Source: the human T2T-CHM13v2.0 reference genome, Homo sapiens. From it: a stretch of 64,000 bases of DNA. Positions within the stretch are counted from its first letter, which is position 1. Every line of letters begins with the position of its first letter. Location: NCBI RefSeq assembly GCF_009914755.1, contig NC_060944.1; one strand, written 5' to 3'. The notes beneath the pieces were generated by a model. It saw nothing but the letters and a program-made list of their open reading frames with translations. It searched no databases and was not told where the DNA came from. Positions 52,033 through 64,000 of this stretch are shown here, piece by piece. The translations under genes and the position numbers were made by a program.

Positions 52033-54582
52033 CCAAATAGTTGGAAAAATGTAATTTGAAATGTATAAATATATTAAAGTGTATTCCAAAACCCAAATGA
52101 AATATACCAAATTTATATAGCAGAATATCTCCTTGGCTTTTCTTCAAGGAATCTATTTTAAGAGACTTATATCTATCCTAATCATAAATATATATCTGCT
52201 GAACTTCTTTGTTCTCTGGTCTAAACAAAGGTATGGATCCAGGGGTGAGAGGCATGGCAGAAGTATAAATTGTACAATCTAGTTAGGAAATCAGAACATA
52301 CATAGGAAACCAATAGAGAACAGAGTAATACATACGGAACCTAAATATACTACTTAGGAAGTTGGACTCTCAAGAGAGAAAAGAAAAGATTGATACAGTA
52401 CTCTAAAAAATCTTGGCACTTGAAGAAAGTCTGATTTTCTTAAATATTGTAATTTTCTTAAATATTGTAAGCAAGTCCTCAACAATATTGTATGAACTGT
52501 TATAGAAAAATAATAATAAAATTTGAGTTCTAATTACCTGCCAAGAGTCGTGCTAAGGGTTTTATATGCATTATTTAACTTACTTTTTCCAACGGTTCTA
52601 GAAAAGTTTGTCATTACATCCCTATCTTTAAAGGAGACAAAATTTAGGAAGTGATAAGAGTTGAGAGATAGGGGCTAACTTGTCCAAGACTGACCCCTGC
52701 AGCCTGGCTTCTCAGAAAGGGAATTTTCCTTCTGCAATGTTCTGTGGGAAACCCACTCTGAGCAATCTTTAAGCCAATCAATACTGAGCAACATTGAAGC
52801 TTGAACCCCAACTCTTCCTCCTCCCACCCTCAATATGCCAGAGGAGAGGTTTATGCTTCAAGAACTAAGAACACCAGTGTTGTTGCTAGCTTACTAACAA
52901 GAACACCTCTCTGCTAGTTCACCATGTAATCCACCTGCAATTTCAACTTCTGGAATCATGAAAGCAGGACAGGAACTTGTGCCTCCCTCCACTGCCAGTC
53001 ATCACTACTAAGCTGGTAGAAGAGGGGCGCAGTTTCTGCCACATCATTTTGCTATCATATCCTGGTCCCTGATAACACCAGGAGAAGGCCAGTGCTTCCC
53101 TAACCATGCAGCTTCAGAGCTCCATGGCCCAAGGGTCAGAATCACTCTTGCAAAGTCAGAAATCAGGGTTTTCCAAATCTTAGGTTACTGCCTCAACACA
53201 ATGAGGCTACCAGGGGATATGAATACCTACTACTGATCCTAGGGCGGTGAGTTTGTCCAGTGAGTGCTGCTCCTGAAGACCTGTATGTGAGCACTTCTGA
53301 GTTTTTGCTCTTGTTTGTGCTGTTGTCACTTACCCAAAGTCTCAGCTTCAGTAATGTCACGTCCAAGGGGCAAATATTCCAAATTGATGGTGATTAAATG
53401 AATTAGTGAATATAATCCAGATTGTTGTTATCAATGAGTTGATAATAAATATTGTCGTCGAGCTGACATCATTTACATTATTTACATAAACCTCTAAAGG
53501 CAGTCTAAGATATTTTCAACATGTCTTTACAAACAGAATCTGTGATTTAAATGTGAAAAACTATTTTAAAATGCCATGATGTGTGGAACTGAGGGCTAAG
53601 ATTATGTATACTTTTAAAACATGATCAGACCAAATAAAGGTTCAATGTAATGCCACAGTTCTACATGGGGAACCTTCTCCTGAATTTCAGTAGTGCTGAA
53701 CATAAGGACATCATGACCAGATAAATCTACCTTCATAAAGCTTAACATCTAGTGACAGTTCTTAGATGATAAACAAATGGTTCCAATCTAGGGTGCTATG
53801 TGGTAAGAAAGGAGTGGTTCTGCATGCCTTGAGGACAGAGAAACAGTTCAATCTAGACTTGTGGGGTCAGGAAGCGCAGGTGAAAAAATCAGGGGCTCCT
53901 CACCTAGTGCCATGCAGTTGGATTAAGAAAAATATTACATCTTTATTTTCAATAACTAACTAAAACTTAACATTTCCTTCTGTAATGACTGTAGGCAACA
54001 AACCACAGTAGCAGCAGAATCTGTGATCACAGAATAGAAATTATAGATATTTTCACACCACATCACAACTATAGGAAATATATCTAAACATCATTTATGC
54101 TTATTATCACGTTGAAATTAGAGAGGTTATTAGTTCCACCACTACATGTTGTCACTTAAAACATTAATAAAGATGTGCATATATCAAATTTTATTTCCTC
54201 TAGTATTTTGATAGGTTTATTTCAATAGGACCTGTTCCCTTTGCTTAGTTTCTTTATTTTATGCATTTAGAACACTACATTGGGAAGGATTCATCATCAT
54301 GACCAGATGTCACATGGGTCTATGATGCCAAAAAAGGAAGATCCCTGGAGAACAGTAGGCAGATGCTTGGAAGACCGGGTAACCCATGGGATTGCAAGTG
54401 GAGGTGGGGAGAGAGAGGTTGCCTGTTTATAAGAAACAAATAAGTGGTGCTCCAGGCAGAGGGAACAGAGTGTGCAATACCAGAGCAGCGAGCACTGGGA
54501 GAGACAAATGTCCCGAGTCTCTGGATCCTGCCAGAGAGGAAGAGCTTGGAGGGAAGCAATGTGGTTAAGAGACGCAAGACAA

Positions 54583-55106
54583 ATTACAAATCATGCTGCT
54601 ATAAAGACACATGCACATGTATGTTTATTGCGGCACTATTCACAATAGCAAAGACTTGGAACCAACCCAAATGTCCAACAACGATAGACTGGATTAAGAA
54701 AATGTGGCACACATACACCATGGAATACTATGCAGTCATAAAAAATGATGAGTTCATGTCCTTTGTAGGGACATGGATGAAACTGGAAACCATCATTCTC
54801 AGCAAACTATCACAAGGACAAAAAACCAAACACCGCATGTTCTCACTTAGATGGGAATTGAGCAATGAGAACACATGGACACAGGAAGGGGAACATCACG
54901 CTCCGGGGACTGTTGTGGGGTGGGGGGAGGGGGGAGGGATAGCATTAGGAGATATACCTAATGCTAAATGACGAGTTAATGGATGCAGCACACCAGCATG
55001 GCACATGTATACATATGTAACAAACCTGCACATTGTACACATGTACCCTAAAACTTAAAGTACAATAATAATAAAATTTAAAAAAAAGAAAAAAAATTAA
55101 AAAAAA
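54583..55106 (+). mobile_element. 5'-truncated L1PA (PA3/4-like) 3' end inserted into an L2-like relic
   Basis: ORF2 C-terminal YKSCCYKDTCT...WMKLETIILSKLSQ; 3'UTR and A-tail; perfect 16-bp TSD aagagacgcaagacaa (54567-54582, 55107-55122). Confidence 0.95.
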
Positions 55107-55962
55107 AAGAGACGCAAGACAAGCAAGGAACGGGTCTGTAAGCTCTGAAGAGGCATGCGGAGAAATGTAAATTTCATCTTAAGACACTGGGTGGTGAATA
55201 AAACTTTTGAAGCAAAATTTTCAAAATTATTTATTCCTCAATTTAAAAAAAAATGTTCTTTCCAAATAACTTTTTTTCTCAATCTTATTTCCTCAATATT
55301 TGAAATGATCCTGTGGTGTAGAGTCACACATTTTCTTATACTACATACAGATGGACAGAGATAACAGAGCATTTTAAGTGATTGCTTTTACAATTGGTTT
55401 GATCTTTCTTATGTACAAAAGTCAACTTAAACGTGATGTGAATGTCATATCTTCTTTTTCTTTAATTTTACAGCTGCTCCTATTTGGCCATTCTGTGTTC
55501 CATCTCCCTCTCTTCTCCCCCCAACAGAGGGAGAGCTCTTGTGTTCCATCTTGACATGAGGACATGTGTGTGTTGGCAGGAGAGGGTCCTGTGATGATGT
55601 CTGGCTATCCAGGAGCTACTATGGCAATAAGGTCTTGTATCTGCCTTTTCATTGCTTGCCTGGCTAGCATTACTGTGATAGTTAACTGCTCCTGACTGTG
55701 ATCCATGCTTTCTAAGCCTAGTCAAAGAATGATGTTCCCTCCTGCTGACTTAGATCTTTCTTGGCTTTTGCTGGCAACCTTCCCACAGATGCCTGACCAT
55801 GATTCTTGCCCAATTTTAGCCAGGCAGTAAACCCTGAAACTCTTGGCTACAGAGGTTTCTATTCCTACACCGTGATGTTCCTCCTCTCTAGTTGTCATCG
55901 GCAATGGCTTCCACTCCATAATGAGACAAGCCGGAAATTGCAGCTGCTACTCCATCATGCCT

Positions 55963-55964
<2 letters not shown>

Positions 55965-56028
<64 letters not shown>
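55965..56028 (+). repeat. (TC)n(AC)n compound microsatellite
   Basis: ~20 TC units followed by ~11 AC units. Confidence 0.95.
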
Positions 56029-56030
<2 letters not shown>

Positions 56031-57984
56031 AGCAGGTCACATTGCTAATAATATATATCACCCTGTTACTGGGATATCCTGAGAGGCAGTGTATTCCCAA
56101 AATCCCAAACAGGAAAAACAGTAACTGCACTTGTTTTCTTTCCCTTAACTGATTGAGAAAGGCACCCTACAAGATTTGAGAGAGGAATGTAAAGGCACTG
56201 CATGAATCTGACCTGCTGCTCTCCCTCCTCATTGATTCCCTTCTCTTTCCGACAATCCACACAGGCAGAAGTTCTGGGATGTTCCCATCCTATTCCTTTC
56301 TGGCTGGCATTTCCCCTGTCATACCCTCCTTCCCACTGGCATACTAAAGTTCAAGGCTTAACCTAACTAGTGAAACAACCTATGATTTAGGTAAACCAGA
56401 CATGACCTCAGTACAGAATTGTCAGACACCTTAGGAATAAGGCAATTGGAGGATGATAGCTCATTAGTTAATATTCTAAAAATAATACTCTCAGATCATC
56501 ATTTTTCCTTGAAAATCATTTCTTTCAGTATGCTGCGCAGAATGACCTTAGACTCCCAATGAGCCTAGTCTCCCAACGAGTGAGAGCAGAGAGCCTCAAA
56601 CATCTTTGTGTCTTGTCCTGGATGGAGATTCCTGCTCAAGCCACTGGCTCAATGGTCCAATCTTTGAGGAGATAGAATTTAAGCAGGCAGATCTGTACAC
56701 TTTTACATGACACCCATCACCTCTCCTCTCGTGTGTCTCTTTTTCCCCCTCCTCTTTTTCTCTATTTCCCTTTTCTGTTTCTCCAAACCCCTCAGTTAAC
56801 CCTTTCCCTGCCCCCTAGTCCTTGTCCACACAGAAAATCTGGTTCTAGAGAACAGTACTCAAACAGCCTCCAACTAAAATGCATTACGTGTGGTAATGCA
56901 AAAAATTATTAGAACAGTTTTTTTCTATTTAAAATATGACTCCTGTTCACTGCTTTGGTTTCCCTGTCTTTGTGCTTCAGGCTAAATATTACTCAGATTT
57001 CTGCGAGGCCAGGTGCTTTCTCACCAATTATCTGAAAGGCCCAGAGAATGGTACTTACATCAAAGCCAGTCCTAATGACAAAGGACACCTGGCCACGGCA
57101 AACACAAGCATCTCTCAGCTCCTCGCTCCATTTGGCAAAAAGCTATTTCCATCTCAGTCACAACATAACAAAGGACTAATTGATGGGAGCATTTTTTCCA
57201 TCTTTCAAAAAATAAATTGAGCCAACCCCACGAGCTCATCTAGAGGAATTAATTAGGGAATAGGAAATCTCCAAAGCCATCCTTAAATTGACATTGAACA
57301 AAGCCCAGGGAACAGATGGCTTTTCATCTGAATTCTTTAAAACCTTTAGCACTCTACTAATTCCCCTATAGGAATGAAAAAAAATTGCTAAATGAATTTG
57401 AGCAAACTATTTCACCAGGTGTTCAGTTCCCCTAAGATTCCTTTTGCACTAAGAAAAAAAGAAAATACAACAGGTATCCTCTCTACTGATATTACTATAA
57501 TTTCATTTGTACATGTGAGTTCTTCCCCCAGGGCTCATTCTAAACTTCCCCTGCATTTCTGACTACCAAGCTGGGGGAATGATTCTCTTAATTGGTGCAG
57601 CTGATCATGCACAACTGCTCAGAGCACAAGGACAGTGTCAACACACACAAAGTCGAGAATGAGGCCATTGTTCAAGCAAAATAGAAAAATAGAAAACAAT
57701 TTTTGTCATTTTGTTTCAGATATCTGGAGATTTCTGGGGCAAGAGATGGAGAGGATAAACTGTATTATCCCAATAGTTGAGTAGATTTTTTTTCCCCGTA
57801 CAAATTTGACATGTAGAAACATTGTGAATAAGAGAGACATTGCCTCTCATTTGCATAGTTAATAAGAAGCTGTCCTATTAAAGCCTCTAGAAGGATGAAC
57901 TGCTGGAATTTATACTTTATCTATTCAAAGGATGTCTACATACAATCCTCCAAGATAATTTGGTAGAAAATTTTAAAACACTTT

Positions 57985-59195
57985 TTTCTTTTTAAAATTT
58001 GACAGATAAAATTGTATATACATACTATGTACAACAGGATGTTTTAAAATATATGGACATTGTAGGATAGCTAAATTAAGCTAATTAATATGCACATTAC
58101 CTTACATAGTTGTTATTTTTGTAATAAGCATATTTAAAATCTACTCTCTTAGCATTTTTCAAGAATATAATACATTGTGATGAACTATACCTCCATGTTG
58201 TAGAATAGAGCTCTTAAAAATATTCTTCTTATTTAACTGAAGTTTTGTAACTTTTTACCAACAGGTCCCCATTACCTTCCTCTAGCGCCCCAGCCCCTAG
58301 AAACCATCACTGCACTCTCTGCTTCTATGAGATCAACGTTTTTAGACTCTACATGGGAGCGAGATCATGTGGTATTTGTCACATGCCTGGCCTATTTTAC
58401 ATAATGTCCTCTAGGTTCACCCATGTTGTCACGAATGGCAGGATTTCCTTCTCTTTTATAGGTGAATTGTATGCCATTGCGTATATATGCTACGTTTTCT
58501 TTATCCAGTCATCTGTTGATAGACACTTGGGCTGATTCCACATTTTGGCTATTGTGAATAGTGCTGCAATTAACAGGATAAATAAAATAATATAATAAAT
58601 AAATAAAATAATATAATAAATAAAATAAGGAAATTGGTATGTCCAAGAGTGCGGATGTCTCTTGGACATACAAATTTCCTTTCCTTTGGATGTGTATCAA
58701 ATAGTGAGGTGGCTGGCCCATATGATAATTTTATTTTTAAGCTCTTTGGGAATCTCCATACAGTTTTCTATAATGGCTGTACTAACTTACATTCCCACCA
58801 ACAGTGTGCAAGTGTTTCCTTTTCTCACCTCTTGCCAACACTTGTTATCTTTTGTTGTTTTCTTTTGAAGACACGGTCTTGCTCTGTGGCCCAGGCTAGA
58901 GTGCAGTGGTTCAATCATGGCTCAAGCAGTACTCCAGCCTCAACCTCCAGAGCCGCCAGGACTACAGTAAGACGTGGTCTCACCATGTTGTTCAGGCTGC
59001 TGGTCTCTAACAACTGGGCTCAAGTGATCCTCCCATCTCAGCCTCCCAAAGTGCTAAGATTACAGTTGTGAGCCACTATGCCCGGCCTTTGTCTTTTTGA
59101 TAATAGCCATTCTGACAGGTGTGAGATGATATTTTGTTGTTATTTTAATTGGCATTTCCCTGATAATTAATGATATTGAGCATTGTTCATATACT
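57985..59195 (-). mobile_element. L1MA-type 3' end
   Basis: gacagataaaattgtatata...tttaaaatctactctcttagcatttttcaagaatataatacattg...aatagccattctgacaggtgtgagatgata. Confidence 0.8.
58850..59086 (-). mobile_element. Internally deleted AluJ inside L1MA
   Basis: ggtcttgctctgtggcccaggctagagtgcagtgg...ctgggctcaagtgatcctcccatctcagcctcccaaagtgct...cccggcc. Confidence 0.8.
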
Positions 59196-59397
59196 TTAAA
59201 ACAGTTTTTCATTTATGATACATTTTGTTTTACATTTTAGACTGAATAATTTTATTTGGGATTCTGATATTTCACTAGAATATTTGAACATTCCAGTATA
59301 CATTCCTTCATTTTAAACAATTTCCTTTAAACGCAGTTTGTACCCATAGCCTGAAACCATGCAATCAGGAAGGGTCTAAGGGGCCAAGGAGACTCTA

Positions 59398-59774
<377 letters not shown>

Positions 59775-60736
59775 AAAACATGCTCTGAGTAATTCTGTGG
59801 TGGGGGTAGTGAAGGAAAAGTAAGCCCCTAAAGGAAAGCCTCTAAATCCATCAGCAAAATGGAGAAGGGTATTTTGGTTTCCAACGCTCAATCTCAACCC
59901 CAGGCCACTCCAAGAGCTGACTGAAAGACTCAATCCTGTATTGACAACAGCTGACTGGTCACTTTCTTTTCACCTTCCAGCCACCTGCCCATCAGAGCTA
60001 CTACGACAGCCTTTGTCTTCACGACACACAACCTGGCACACAATCTTCCCAATCAACTGTACTCTAGACAAAGCTCTGACCATAAAGGTGTTCACTTTTA
60101 TCACAACAGACCTATGGCAATTTTAGAGCCAGGAGTCTTTTGTTCTAAAAGTAAGGCTATTAAGTGAAACTACTGGAAGCAGAAGTTGCACTAAAATTCA
60201 ATAAATGGATACAGTTACACGTATACACATATATACTCAACCTATTGATTATACTACTTCTTCATTCAATAAATAGTCATCACTCTGCCAGGAGTTAGGG
60301 AAAAATTAGTGAGTAAAATAGAAATAATCTATGTCTTCTTAAGAGTTCTATGCTGCTTTGGGAGAGACAGTCAAATACCTCCACATGTATGTAATTATGA
60401 ACTATAATAAATTATATGAGGATTAAAGGATAAGACAATATATAAAAGTAGAAACCAGTGTAGGCTGGAATGTCAAGAAAAACTTCCCTGAAAAATAAAC
60501 TTTCGGACTGATATCAGAAAAAAATGAGTTGCCATTAACTGTTGTGAAAGTGATACAGGGTAGAACCCAAACCAGTGAGGGGAAACAGCGCGGGCAATGG
60601 CTCTGAGACAGGATCAAGCTGAATATCCTGTAGGAATTGAAAGAAATTTATGGGACTGAAAGGAATTCAGCAAAGGTGAAGAATGACCCTGGAGGGGTTT
60701 AAGCCTGAAGGGCTTTGAGGGACAGCAGAAGTCTCT

Positions 60737-61190
60737 TGTCTTTGTTTGGGTTCCTCAGAAGCAGACCATGAGACAAAGGTTCCAGTTGGAGGTGATCCCA
60801 GGAAACACCAGAGAGATGTGATAGAGAAGGGAAGATCAAGAATGGGTGACCAAGCAAGTCACCACTGCGGGCACCTGAGCTTCCTCCAGCTGCCAGGGAA
60901 TGGGGATCCGGTATAGGACACGTACCTCGGAAGTATCTCACCCAAGAGGCAAAGCAGGCCGTGTCTTTACTCATTGTTTCTCAGTACTCTTGGATTGAAG
61001 GGTACTGTGTAGGGGAGGGTGAAACATTAATTTCCCAGCACCTCACAACAGCATGCCTATAGTTGAGCAGACTATGCTCAGAGCTCACCACAGAAAACCC
61101 TCAGGCCCTGAGAAGCTGGGCCATTGAGCATCACAGGGGTGAGACGGAAGGGACCTGAGCAGGTCGCTCATGTCATCAGCTGCATCACGC
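60737..61190. mobile_element. Old ERVL-class LTR (family not assigned)
   Basis: tgtctttgtttgggttcctcagaagcagaccatgagacaaag...ggaggtgatcccaggaaacacc. Confidence 0.5.
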
Positions 61191-61344
61191 CAGGTCCACT
61201 CTTTTGTTCTCCTTCCTGCTTTCAGAGCAGCATGAGTAACATCAGAAAGCAGCAGAATTTATATCTCCATTTTTATTGTATTCTTCACACCCTTCTACAT
61301 TTATATAACGGTACTGCACTTTACTTGTGTCAGTACTAAAGTCT

Positions 61345-61520
61345 CAACTACACCTGTCTGCAGTAGGTAGGGTTTATCACTCCCATTTTACACACTGGAA
61401 AACTGGAAATTACTGAGGCAGGACAAACTGCTCAAGGCCATATATCTAAAGGACAAGCACTATGATTCAAATTCAAGGCATTAGTTCCCACAGTCATTTT
61501 TATTCCCACCATAGCATGGT
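61345..61520 (-). mobile_element. MIR
   Basis: cccattttacacactggaaaactgg...ctgctcaaggccatata...gattcaaattcaagg. Confidence 0.55.
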
Positions 61521-63099
61521 GACACTAGTGACATATGACAAGAGAGTCTACAAATTCGATTAAATCTTAACCATACAATTGACTTAAGGATCCCTAGGAA
61601 AAAAAGGGGACCCCATTACTTAGTATTCCTAATTCTAAAATGTATCAGAATACATTTTGAATGATAAAACATAACAATAGAATAAAAATAAAAGGTATAC
61701 CTTTCCTCCCTATTACATCAATATTTAATAGATTTTAAGTGACGAGTAAGCATATTAATTATGGAAAACAATGGAAGATAAGGAGAGGGGTCTAATATGG
61801 TTGAATTTAACACCATCTGAAAGTGGAGGACAAGTACATAAACCAACTCTCTTAGCATGAAGATAAATGTCACCAGGCAGGTCTTATTATATTTCTATTA
61901 GACCTAAGCTTCTAGTTCTTCTGCTTTATAGGTGAGAGTAAATGAGACTGAACTGGGAGAGAAGCATGGCTTTCTGAAATTCTATCTATATATGAAAGGT
62001 TCACCAATTATCTCCAGATCAATTTCTGAAGCACATGTTTGGGAGGCCGAAAATAATTTCTCATGTGCAAGTATTGCAGGTCAAATGTCAGCTTCGGGGA
62101 CAGAGGTTGTGTTTTATAGACGCATACTTTAATGTGATTCTCATACTCTGGTTTATGATTTGCCTTTTCAAAGTGAATATTTCCACTCTGTTGGCCAGAG
62201 CGCTGGTCTTACTGTTGATTATGTGTCAAGACTTGAACATCATCCCACATTGTCTGAAAACTGAGCTCTTCCATGGCTTTGCACTGTGCAGTGTGATGAG
62301 AATGTAAAGAATAACCTGGTCTGAGAATGTCCAGTATTAAAAAAGGAAGAAGAGAAACCTGTAAGTAAGAAAGCAGATTTTTCTGAGTGCCCATTTTCTG
62401 AAGGAATTTCTGCTGACTTTGCAGCCCAGCGCCCTAGTTCCCAATACGCCTAACTCCATTTCCTGCAATGCACCTTTTCTAGATAATTGTTGTCTCAGAA
62501 GGGTGGGAATGTATTTATTTTTCTCAATATGACAATATATTTCTTTCAAAGGAGATATTGCAATAATAAGGATTATTGCAGTTTCTTACAAGAGAAATGT
62601 TTGATGTTGGGGTAACATTTTTTATCATGCTTTGTTTGCATATACTCTAAATTGTGTAGCACAATCTATTTTCAGTATTCTCTCCACCTGGCAGTTAAAA
62701 CTAATGTCAATGTGGTGGGAGGAAACTTGTACTCCTGATAAATTTCAAAAGCCTGTCCCCCTTCCTCAGGAACAGCCTATACCCATGTTAGAAATTCTAA
62801 TTCCTTTTTAAATAGTTTTACTTTAATTTAAAGAAAGCTCAGGCATAGAATAAAATGCCCACTAATTATGGAATCTAAATTTCTCTATCAAACTCACATT
62901 GAGAATGTAAAATTGTATATTGGACCTATGAGACACGCAGATAGACAATTCCAGTATGGAATTTGCAGGCTACTTAATTTGAATTTATCAACAGTTTATT
63001 TATTTATCTTGTTAAATATAAAATAATTCCTTCTAGTGGTTCCTTTTCCTACTGTGCCTTTGACATATTTGAGAATATTAAGTGAAATGATATTTATTT

Positions 63100-63412
<313 letters not shown>

Positions 63413-64000
63413 AGGATATTTATTTTAACTTGTCCCAGATCAGCAATACATTCTGACTCCATATTTGTTTTCTTCAAAGTTTGTAGTAGATATAATGTTT
63501 GAGGGTAGTTTCATTTGATTCTAACTAAATACACATCAGTTCCATTTAGTTAAGTGAAATTAGAGAACTGGCACTGGGGATAATGCCAAAAAAGTATTTA
63601 ACAAATTATCCCCAGAGATGTTACTTGATCTCAGGTTCTTGTCCTACAAAAGACTAAAATGTTTTGTAAAGATATTATGTCCTAAATCCTTGCTATCACC
63701 TGCAATAGAGGAACTCCTCAGTGGTCCTAGGTGGTCTACTTTTTCCTCTTTATACTCTTGTCCATGCCATGTGTCACGAATGTAGATATTACAGATAGAA
63801 ATTCATAATGCTAAGAAAACAAAGATGACAGATGCTCTCATTTTGAAAATAAATAATAGTGCCTGCCATTTTTCAAATGTACTTTTACCTGTTTTGTGGG
63901 CAGATTGTTTTACAAAAAAAAACAAAAAACAAAAAAAACAATTACAGTTCTAGACATCCGTAGATATTTTGTGGTTTTGCCACTGGCCACAAACCACATT

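Noticed and set aside
52434-52470. 18-bp tandem duplication attttcttaaatattgta
   Set aside because: Ordinary slippage microduplication with no further structure.
54444-54971. 175-aa ORF fusing flank to L1 ORF2 C-terminus
   Set aside because: Chance in-frame read-through from a GTG in the flank into a truncated L1PA, running on into the 3'UTR. No promoter or splice support.

Overview
This is AT-rich primate (most likely human or great-ape) genomic DNA from an intergenic or deep-intronic region. I find no credible protein-coding exon, RNA gene or CpG island. The long ORFs in the track come from L1, Alu or LTR sequence, or are chance ORFs. The window is dominated by retroelements: L1PA/L1PB/L1M fragments, Alu J/S/Y, MIR/L2, MaLR LTRs (MSTB, MSTC, MLT1) including one two-LTR MSTC-type provirus, ERV1 LTRs (MER52, LTR8A, MER41B) and MER5/MER58 DNA-transposon relics. 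I see no new gene system. The notable signals are mechanistic fossils: (1) a MaLR provirus with no 5-bp TSD that is flanked by a ~390-bp direct duplication; (2) an L1 insertion made only of an inverted ORF1 fragment plus poly(A), with a clean TSD (extreme twin priming); (3) two long near-perfect fold-back insertions inside old L1s; (4) a nested trimeric/chimeric Alu; (5) a MER41B with an intact GAS site and a perfect 47-bp duplication of an ETS-containing segment. Subfamily names come from remembered consensus motifs and need RepeatMasker/Dfam confirmation.
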